This document shows, in pieces, positions 16,412 to 23,892 of a stretch of 32,000 bases of DNA. The notes under the pieces are model-generated. The model was not told where the DNA came from and searched no databases. It worked only from the letters and a program-made list of their open reading frames with translations. Source of the stretch: Candidatus Arthromitus sp. SFB-mouse-Japan. Lineage in GTDB: Bacteria; Bacillota; Clostridia; Clostridiales; Clostridiaceae. Location: positions 540,109 to 572,108 of the forward strand of contig NC_015913.1 of the NCBI RefSeq assembly GCF_000270205.1, read 5' to 3'. The position numbers and the translations under genes were made by a program. Numbering within the stretch: the stretch's first letter is position 1; every line of letters starts with the position of its first letter.

Positions 16412-19400
16412 ATGAAAATATGTATGAAGAGATTCATTATTAATCTTATGACTCTTATATTTTTGTTTGAATTGATACCATTTGGGGAAATGGGAATTAA
16501 GTTCGGCTTTTTTAAGAAAGCCGAAGCTTATTATACCCAACTTGAAATGGTTGCACCAGGTTATGTGATAAGCCCTGAGGAAGGGGGGATTGTATTTGAT
16601 TTAAGTCAAAGATTATCATCTTCAATGAGTGTTGAATCGTTTAGTGTAAAGAATACAAATCCTGAACAGCAGAAGAAAGATTTAAAAGAGGAATCTTCTG
16701 ATGGAGTTAGATGGTTATCAAAGGATGAAATGATAAATGGTCATATTTATGAAATTGAAAGTAAGATTTATGATACTGACACGCAGGAAACAATAACATT
16801 TATAAATTCTTTTAAGTATATAGATAAAAATATAGCTTATAATCCTAAGCTATCTTTTTCGAAGTTTGATTCTAGTAGAATGGTTACTCAAGATGTTATA
16901 TTTGATTTTTCTGAGTGCAGGGAATTAATAGATAATTCAAATAATCTTAAGCTTGAGATTTTAAATTCTGATTTAACAAGAGCAGAGATAGATCCTATGA
17001 ATATTAATAAAAATGATGTTGTAAATAATGGATATAAGTATACTATTTCTAGAGCAGCTTCTTTATTTAGACCAAACAAAGATTATATAGTTAGACTCCA
17101 TGCAGATGGTATTATTTGGGATAAAATGATTTCTTGTCCAGTAAAGGGGAATCCTACGATAGTTGAAAATATTAAACCTGTAGCTATGGATTTTAGATAT
17201 TATCCTGAAAGCAGAAATTTTTACTTTCATACAATAGATCTTGGAATTTTTAAAAAATTTGAGGATAGGATTAATGTTGTGGTTAAGGCTATTTTAAATA
17301 ATCCAAAAAAAGGTTTTGTTCCAGTTGAGGTAACAGCTGAAATACCACATGTAATAGAAATTAAAGTTCCAGAAGAATATTATACTACATCAATACCAAG
17401 TGATTTGAGGGTTTATGTTATTGATAAGAGTACTGGACTTGTACTTGCTGAATATTTATTTCAGTTTACATTTAGGTCTGATAAGGGAATTATGATGTGG
17501 AGAAATTTAAAGCATTCAGCTGAAAAAGAAGCAACAGGATATAAGATTAATAAAATAAAATTAGATCATACTGACGATAACAATACTATTCCACATTCAT
17601 GGGATGGACTTCCTAGGGCACATTATATAACTCTTTATGATAATAAATTAGAAAATCAAATAGGTGGAGAATTCAGATTTGATGTTACAGATCCTGAGTA
17701 TAGAAAACAATTCCTTGAGCCGACTCATGATGTTAGAGGAGCTAATTTTAAGATACCATTTACTGATATGAAGCAAGGGTTTAATAGTTATAATTTTAAA
17801 GTTGAATCTAGTAGTCAGTATCCAGAGTGGGCATATGCACATATACCATTTGGATTTTATGCAGATGTTGCTGAAATAAAAGATTTAGATATTAATATAA
17901 AAAATGTAAAACCAAATGAAAATGGAGATAAGTATAGTTTTACTCTTGAAATAAAGAATCAAAAAATTGTTATTGGCGATAAGATGAGCTTTATAGATGA
18001 TGACGGTAAGGAGCATATATCTACTTCAAATAGTTCGAAGACATTTGACTTTAAAGATGTCCCAATGGTATTTGGAGGGAAATATGTGGTAACTTATAAT
18101 CAAATAAGTTCTTTGCTTCATTTTAAATCTACAGATTTATCTATATTGTTTAATCCAGTTGTTATAGGTACTTTTTCAGATGAGAGGGATAGTATTGAAA
18201 TTACTATCGATAATAAATATGAAAAAATTTTGAGCACTGATAAAGGTCAAAATAAGTTAAGAATACTTAATATGAATGGTACTAGTACGGGAAATGATTT
18301 TTCAAATTTTGGGATAGGAAAAACTAAATTTGCGTTAAATGGAAATTTGATTGAAGGAGAAAATTATATAGCAGAGGTATCTAATTCTAAGGGAGAAGTA
18401 TATAAAACTACTTTCCAGTATTCTACAATGAAACTTGATTTATCGGAGATAACAGGTACAACAGCAAAGCTTGACTGGGAATATCCTGATAATTACCTAA
18501 TAACTGATGGAGATGCATTAAGTATATATTTCAAAAAAGATGGATCTGGATATCCTGCTGTTCCCGATGCAAAAATAGTGCATGGTTTTCAAGGAGTAGA
18601 TTTCAATGACGTTACTACATACACGATTAAGAATATGAGCCCGAATGTAAACTATACGGCAAAGCTTGAACTTGCAACAAATGAAGGCATGACTTATGTG
18701 GATGAAGTTGAATTTGTAACGAGTACTTTTAAAATTTTAAATGAAGAAATTGAGGGTATTTCTGAAGATGGAACCGTAAATAGTAAATCTATAACTTTTA
18801 AGTGGGATATAAATCTTGGTGATATAGAATTTTATGAAGGTGATAAAGTTGAGGTTTTTCTTAAACCACTTTCTCATAATGCATTTCCCAAAACACCGAC
18901 GGCAACTATTGATAAAGATTTAAATAGAATGAAACGGATTAAATTTGATGTACCAAATTATTATGAATCTTATAGTGTCAAAATTGTATATACAATAGGT
19001 GGAGTTAGGCATACGAGTAAAGTATTAAATTTTACTGTGAATATGCAAGATGTTGAAGTATATATGAGTACTATTACTCAGTGTACAGCTAATATTAACT
19101 GGAAGTATCCAAAGGATGTAGATGTAGATAGTAATTTTGAAGAGGTTAGGATTTATACAAAAAAACACAGTGATTTAGAATTTAAGCTTGAAAAAACTTA
19201 TAATAAATCTGAGAAAGCTCTTAATGATGTAGTTAAACATGTGATTAAGAATTTAGGTATCGATACCAAATATAAAGCTAAATTAGTATTTAAAATTGGT
19301 GAAAAGTCAGTTGCAGGAGTGAAAGAAGAGATAACTCAAGTTGTTGAGACTGAATTTAAAACAGAGAATTTTGTTATAGAAAAATTTAATGTTACGAATG

Positions 19401-22400
19401 ATATAAGTAATTTCATAATAGCAACATGGGATATAAAAGATGATAGTTATCCTTATACTACAAATGATAGTGTGGCACTTTTTGTAAAAGAAAGAGGAGA
19501 ACCATCACAAAATTATATTAGAATTAATTCTATGGGAGGAGATATTGCAGGGAAAAGATCATTTAATGGATCTATGGTACCTAAATACAATGTGGATTAC
19601 GATGTAAAATTGACCTATACCTTAGGAGAAAAAGAAGTTAGTGCTTATTCAGCTATTAAATTAGATATTGGTTATATAAAACTCAAGATAGACGAAATAA
19701 ATGATACTAAAATTAAACTTTCTTGGACTTATCCAAATGAGATTTTAAGAGGTGATAAGGTCGAAATAAGTTTAAAAAATCTTAGTAATGAAAATGACGT
19801 AAAATCTGAATCAAAGGTTCAGAATTTTGATCATGGAAATACTGTTATGATTGAAGAGTTTAGAGAAAAAGAATTTGATTTAACTAAGGATAATATGTAT
19901 GAAGTTAAACTTAGGTTAACTTCAGATTATTTTTATCCTATGGAAGAATCATTCAGGTTTAAGGCTACTTCTGATTTTCAAATTTTAAGTTTAGATGGTG
20001 AGTCTATGGACTCTAGTACATTTAAACTTGATTGGGATTTTTATAATAATAATCAAGAATTTAATACAAGTGATAAAGTTGAAATTTTATATAAACGATT
20101 GAATGAATTAGATTTTCAAAGTAATGCTAGGACGACAAGTGAAGATGATCAATTTACAGGTATTAGTTCTGTTAATATGCAAACTGGAACTGAATTGAGC
20201 AGATTTAAATCCTACATAGTTCAGGGACTTGATGTGAATAAGGATTATTTATTTAGAGTACGTTATACATTTAATAAAGATAGAATTCAAAAGGTAGTAT
20301 ATAAAGATTTAGTAGGAAAAACAGAGCCTAAAAAACTGAATTCAAGTGTAATTGATGTACAGCCAACAGGTGTTAAAATTATGCTTGAGTATCCAGAGGC
20401 CTATGAAATAGTGGAAGGCGATATTTTAGATATATTTATAAAGGAAAAAGAAGGAGCAAATTATGGAGTTAATCCTAATTTTACTGGGAAACATGGTAAT
20501 GAAGAGGGCGATTTTGATTTAAATGAGGTAACTATGCTTGATATACTTGGATTATCTCCAGATAAAGAGTATAATGCTAAAGTTGTATTTTGGCCAGATG
20601 GTGGGTCAGGAAATAAAGAAGAGGTAGAACTTAGTTTCAAAACAGATACCGTAAAAGGTATAGCTGAAGTATCTATAGGTGATGTATTGGATTATGTTGT
20701 AAAAGTTGGTATCAAGATGAATCCAGAAGAAATTATTTTAAGTGATAAGGATAGTTGTAAAATTTTTATAAAGAAAAAGGATCAACCACATTATCAAGAT
20801 ACACCAAATGGTGAAATGCGAGGAGATATATTCAACGAAGAAAGATTTGTATCAGCATATTTCGATGAGTTGAATGCAGAGTATACTGTAAAAGCTGTGG
20901 TAAATATCGGAGGTAGTGAATTTGAATATGAGACCGACTTTGTAAGCAAAGTTGATGATTTTAGTATTGATGTTATAGAAATTAATCCGATGACAACACA
21001 AGTTGAATGGAAATATCCAGATAACTATACTCTTGTAAATGGTGAAAGTATTCAAATATTTATTAAGTATAAAGATGAAGAAGATTTCTTGAGTGAACCT
21101 GATCTTGAACTTATTCAATCAGAAGAAATGAGCTTATATGATACAAATTTGGTTGAGTTATATTCACTAATACCTGATACAGATTATGAAGTTAAAGTTA
21201 AATTGAATTTATTGGAGGCAGATATTGAACCGATTATTAAAGAATTTACAACAACGACTTTTGAAATAGAAAATTTGGAGATAGCAGATGTAAGCAGTGA
21301 TGGAATGTCTCTCACATGGGAGTTAAGTACAGAGGAATTGGATTTTTTAGATGATTATGATAATTTAGCTATATTTATAAAAAATAAGAATGAAGATGAT
21401 TATGATTTTTCGAATCCTGTGGCGGAGTTTACTGAAGACTTAAATAATATAAGATCTGTGTCTTTTGAGACAGAAGAGAGTATAGCAGATATTGATATTT
21501 ATGTATCATATTTAATTGAAGATTATGAAGCAGCTATGGAAATATCATATACAGCAATTGAACTTAGTGTTGAAGTGCAAGATGAGGGTGTATTAGTTGA
21601 ATGGAGTTATCCTCCTGGAATAGAATTTGAACCTGAGGATAAACTCGATATTTATTTGAAACACGCAAATAAGTCAGGATATAAAACAGAGCCAAATTTT
21701 AGATACACTCATGAAGAAGATGGGGATTTGACTGAGTTGAATCAAATATTCTTTAAGAAATTAGAAAAAGGGAACTATAAGATGAAATTTTCTTTAATTA
21801 CTGCTGATATGAGATATAATCCTATAGAAATTGAGTTTAGTACGGAAGGTAGTCAAGAAGTAATAGATGGAATAGAACTTAAGTTTAATGGTAAATCGAG
21901 TGGAAGAAAAATAGAACTAAATATTGTTGGAGATGAAGAATTTGATTATGAAAAAGGATTTTATATTGATCCTGAAGGATTAGATCTTGAAATAGATGAA
22001 GATAGAAATAAGTTTATAGTTTTAAATTTAGTTCCAAATAAGGAATATAAAAATATAATTATAACGTTCTTTACAGCAGATGATGAAGAAGTTAATTTTG
22101 TTGTTAAAAATGTGAAAATAGATCCAGAAACTCTTTTGGAAGAATTCATAACAAATATTTATAAGTTTGCGTTTGAACGTTATCCAGATGAAGAAGGATA
22201 TAGCTATTGGTTAGGGAAACTTCTTGAAAAAGGTGAAATTACAGGTAAATTTGTTTTATATAATTTGATGTTTTCAGAACGTGAGTTCTCTGATAGAAAT
22301 CTTTCTGATGATGATCTCATAAAGGTTTTATATCAGATAGTGGTTAATAGAGAGTATGATGAGGGAGGACTTAATTATTGGATAGGTGAATATAGAAACA

Positions 22401-22516
22401 CATATTTACCTCAAGCAAATAATGATAGTTATGAAGCACAGAAGGCTATAGTAGAGAGAATGTTACATGAACAGGAATTTAAAGATTTGTGCAACAAAAT
22501 GGGAATCTTATGGTAA
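16412..22516 (+). CDS. Giant secreted Fn3-like repeat protein with unique N-terminal region and C-terminal twin DUF4214-like cassette (paralogue B, about 2034 aa)
   Basis: An uninterrupted 6.1-kb ORF. I prefer the ATG at 16412, 6 nt after GGAGGAGAGG (16401-16410), over the ORF-track start at 16382. The N-terminal hydrophobic segment is FIINLMTLIFLFELIPFG...KKAEA. A non-repeat region of about 635 aa precedes about 12 Fn3-like modules, and the C-terminus is colinear with paralogue A. It starts 23 nt after the paralogue A stop with no terminator in between. Confidence 0.9.
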   Translation: MKICMKRFIINLMTLIFLFELIPFGEMGIKFGFFKKAEAYYTQLEMVAPGYVISPEEGGIVFDLSQRLSSSMSVESFSVKNTNPEQQKKDLKEESSDGVRWLSKDEMINGHIYEIESKIYDTDTQETITFINSFKYIDKNIAYNPKLSFSKFDSSRMVTQDVIFDFSECRELIDNSNNLKLEILNSDLTRAEIDPMNINKNDVVNNGYKYTISRAASLFRPNKDYIVRLHADGIIWDKMISCPVKGNPTIVENIKPVAMDFRYYPESRNFYFHTIDLGIFKKFEDRINVVVKAILNNPKKGFVPVEVTAEIPHVIEIKVPEEYYTTSIPSDLRVYVIDKSTGLVLAEYLFQFTFRSDKGIMMWRNLKHSAEKEATGYKINKIKLDHTDDNNTIPHSWDGLPRAHYITLYDNKLENQIGGEFRFDVTDPEYRKQFLEPTHDVRGANFKIPFTDMKQGFNSYNFKVESSSQYPEWAYAHIPFGFYADVAEIKDLDINIKNVKPNENGDKYSFTLEIKNQKIVIGDKMSFIDDDGKEHISTSNSSKTFDFKDVPMVFGGKYVVTYNQISSLLHFKSTDLSILFNPVVIGTFSDERDSIEITIDNKYEKILSTDKGQNKLRILNMNGTSTGNDFSNFGIGKTKFALNGNLIEGENYIAEVSNSKGEVYKTTFQYSTMKLDLSEITGTTAKLDWEYPDNYLITDGDALSIYFKKDGSGYPAVPDAKIVHGFQGVDFNDVTTYTIKNMSPNVNYTAKLELATNEGMTYVDEVEFVTSTFKILNEEIEGISEDGTVNSKSITFKWDINLGDIEFYEGDKVEVFLKPLSHNAFPKTPTATIDKDLNRMKRIKFDVPNYYESYSVKIVYTIGGVRHTSKVLNFTVNMQDVEVYMSTITQCTANINWKYPKDVDVDSNFEEVRIYTKKHSDLEFKLEKTYNKSEKALNDVVKHVIKNLGIDTKYKAKLVFKIGEKSVAGVKEEITQVVETEFKTENFVIEKFNVTNDISNFIIATWDIKDDSYPYTTNDSVALFVKERGEPSQNYIRINSMGGDIAGKRSFNGSMVPKYNVDYDVKLTYTLGEKEVSAYSAIKLDIGYIKLKIDEINDTKIKLSWTYPNEILRGDKVEISLKNLSNENDVKSESKVQNFDHGNTVMIEEFREKEFDLTKDNMYEVKLRLTSDYFYPMEESFRFKATSDFQILSLDGESMDSSTFKLDWDFYNNNQEFNTSDKVEILYKRLNELDFQSNARTTSEDDQFTGISSVNMQTGTELSRFKSYIVQGLDVNKDYLFRVRYTFNKDRIQKVVYKDLVGKTEPKKLNSSVIDVQPTGVKIMLEYPEAYEIVEGDILDIFIKEKEGANYGVNPNFTGKHGNEEGDFDLNEVTMLDILGLSPDKEYNAKVVFWPDGGSGNKEEVELSFKTDTVKGIAEVSIGDVLDYVVKVGIKMNPEEIILSDKDSCKIFIKKKDQPHYQDTPNGEMRGDIFNEERFVSAYFDELNAEYTVKAVVNIGGSEFEYETDFVSKVDDFSIDVIEINPMTTQVEWKYPDNYTLVNGESIQIFIKYKDEEDFLSEPDLELIQSEEMSLYDTNLVELYSLIPDTDYEVKVKLNLLEADIEPIIKEFTTTTFEIENLEIADVSSDGMSLTWELSTEELDFLDDYDNLAIFIKNKNEDDYDFSNPVAEFTEDLNNIRSVSFETEESIADIDIYVSYLIEDYEAAMEISYTAIELSVEVQDEGVLVEWSYPPGIEFEPEDKLDIYLKHANKSGYKTEPNFRYTHEEDGDLTELNQIFFKKLEKGNYKMKFSLITADMRYNPIEIEFSTEGSQEVIDGIELKFNGKSSGRKIELNIVGDEEFDYEKGFYIDPEGLDLEIDEDRNKFIVLNLVPNKEYKNIIITFFTADDEEVNFVVKNVKIDPETLLEEFITNIYKFAFERYPDEEGYSYWLGKLLEKGEITGKFVLYNLMFSEREFSDRNLSDDDLIKVLYQIVVNREYDEGGLNYWIGEYRNTYLPQANNDSYEAQKAIVERMLHEQEFKDLCNKMGILW
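18434..22132 (+). repeat. Array of about 12 divergent Fn3/Ig-like coding modules in paralogue B
   Basis: Examples are AKLDWEYPDNYLITDGDALSIYFKK...IKNMSPNVNYTAKLEL, VEWKYPDNYTLVNGESIQIFIKYK...LYSLIPDTDYEVKVKL and VEWSYPPGIEFEPEDKLDIYLKH. These are interleaved with type B modules ending YSVKIVYTIGG, YDVKLTYTLGE and YTVKAVVNIGG. Confidence 0.75.
22133..22513 (+). other. Twin DUF4214-like C-terminal cassette of paralogue B
   Basis: LLEEFITNIYKFAFERYPDEEGYSYWLGKL...EREF followed by LSDDDLIKVLYQIVVNREYDEGGLNYW. The protein ends ...KMGILW. This is the segment most similar between the two paralogues. Confidence 0.7.
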
Positions 22517-22520
22517 TATA

Positions 22521-22554
22521 TTAACCATCAATATTAATTGATGGTTAATTTTTT
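22521..22554 (+). terminator. Rho-independent terminator of the giant-protein operon
   Basis: A perfect 12-bp stem TTAACCATCAAT (22521-22532) / ATTGATGGTTAA (22537-22548) with loop ATTA, followed by TTTTTT. Confidence 0.85.
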
Positions 22555-22682
22555 GGCAAATTTGGAAATAATTAATTTTGTAAAGTTAATAATGATAATT
22601 TGAGTTAAAAATAGTAGATAGACTTCAGGTGCAATTATAAAGTAAGATATAAATTATTGGTAATAAACGTAGGAGGTGGATC

Positions 22683-23201
22683 ATGAATATTGTGACAATT
22701 AATGTAAATGGCGTTGAATATAAGTTGAAGGGTGAGGAATCAAAGGAGTATTTAAATAGCATAGCTAAAGAGGTGGATGATAAAATAAAAGAGATGATGG
22801 CATTAAATACGAATCTTACGTTGCACTCCTCATCAATTTTATTAGCAATAAATTATTGTGATCAGTTACATAAACTAGAAAATGATAAGGAAAATTTAAA
22901 TAATAGCATTGAAAATTGTAATTTTAAAATACAATCTCTTATTGATGAAAATAATGAACTTAAAGAAAGAATAATACATATTGAAAATGAGAATTGTGAA
23001 ATTAAATTAAAGAATGAAAATCTTGAAGAAGAAATAGAAGCCTATAATATTGTTTTAAAAGATGGAAATAAAGATTTATTTTCTAATAACAATGAGATTG
23101 AAGAGCTAGAGAAAGAAATAGAGCTCCTTAAAGATACAGTGAGAAAAATTAAAGATGAAAATTTTGAATTACAAAATAAATTGAAGGGGAAAATATCTTA
23201 A
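22683..23201 (+). CDS. zapA: Cell division protein ZapA with an extended C-terminal coiled coil
   Basis: The N-terminal 65 aa (VTINVNGVEYKLKGEESKEYLNSIAKEVDDKIKEMM...ILLAINYCDQLHKLEN) align by eye with Bacillus ZapA ([33 protein letters not shown]...). The remainder is heptad-like and E/K/N/L-rich. RBS AGGAGGTGG lies upstream. Confidence 0.75.
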   Translation: MNIVTINVNGVEYKLKGEESKEYLNSIAKEVDDKIKEMMALNTNLTLHSSSILLAINYCDQLHKLENDKENLNNSIENCNFKIQSLIDENNELKERIIHIENENCEIKLKNENLEEEIEAYNIVLKDGNKDLFSNNNEIEELEKEIELLKDTVRKIKDENFELQNKLKGKIS

Positions 23202-23259
23202 TATTATCAATACTTTAAAGTATTTTATTAAATACTAAGGATAATAGGAGGTATTTGAG

Positions 23260-23844
23260 ATGAATTTAGCTAACAGTCAAACTAAAGAGAATTTAATGAG
23301 AGCGTTTGCGGGTGAGTGCCAAGCTCATATGCGTTATGATTTTGGAGCCAATTTAGCGAAAAGGGAAGGATTTCATGTTATTGAGAAGGAAATTAAAATT
23401 ATTTCTACACAAGAGATAGCACATTCCAATGTATTTTATAAATTTTTGAGAGAATTTAATGGTCAACATATAACCTTACAAGGAGCTAAGTATCCAGTTG
23501 ATTTGTATGATAAAACTTTAGATTTTTTGAAAGCTTCACATGAGAGAGAATTAGAGGAACATGATAGTATATATAAAGAATTTGCTGATGTAGCAGCTAA
23601 AGAAGGTTTTATGGATATAAGCTATAAGTTTAAAGAAATTAGTGAAATTGAAAAATTACATGCAGATAGATTTATAAAATTATATAATGATTTATCTAGT
23701 GGTATGATGTTTAAGAAAAATACTAAGATAAAATGGTTTTGTACAAATTGTGGTCATGTGCATGAATCTGAGGAGGCCCCAGAATACTGTCCTGTTTGTA
23801 GTCATCCACGTGGATATTTTACCCCATATACTAATCAAGCTTAA
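23260..23844 (+). CDS. rbr: Rubrerythrin
   Basis: The N-terminal ferritin-like di-iron domain has NLMRAFAGECQAHMRY plus ExxH/ExxE motifs (EIAH, ELEE, EKLH). The C-terminal rubredoxin-like part is CTNCG...CPVCSHP. RBS AGGAGG lies upstream. Confidence 0.9.
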   Translation: MNLANSQTKENLMRAFAGECQAHMRYDFGANLAKREGFHVIEKEIKIISTQEIAHSNVFYKFLREFNGQHITLQGAKYPVDLYDKTLDFLKASHERELEEHDSIYKEFADVAAKEGFMDISYKFKEISEIEKLHADRFIKLYNDLSSGMMFKKNTKIKWFCTNCGHVHESEEAPEYCPVCSHPRGYFTPYTNQA

Positions 23845-23847
23845 TTA

Positions 23848-23892
23848 AATTTTAGGAGTATGATAAATTATCATACTCCTAAAATTTTTTTA
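23848..23892. terminator. Terminator hairpin shared by rbr and the convergent transporter gene
   Basis: A perfect 18-bp stem AATTTTAGGAGTATGATA (23848-23865) / TATCATACTCCTAAAATT (23869-23886) with a 3-nt loop, followed by a T-run. It overlaps the stop codon of the minus-strand gene. Confidence 0.85.

Noticed and set aside
12126-22132. Periodic structure of about 300 nt, which might suggest a CRISPR array or satellite DNA.
   Set aside because: The periodicity exists only at protein level inside uninterrupted ORFs. There are no short identical direct repeats with unique spacers, and no cas genes.
12446-22149. Seven minus-strand ORFs of 62-88 aa inside the giant genes (12446-12670, 14496-14690, 16219-16437, 16888-17079, 17648-17842, 20852-21118, 21961-22149).
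   Set aside because: All are antisense to long, motif-supported ORFs. They translate to I/F/L/K/S-rich low-complexity strings typical of antisense frames in AT-rich DNA, and none has a recognisable RBS.
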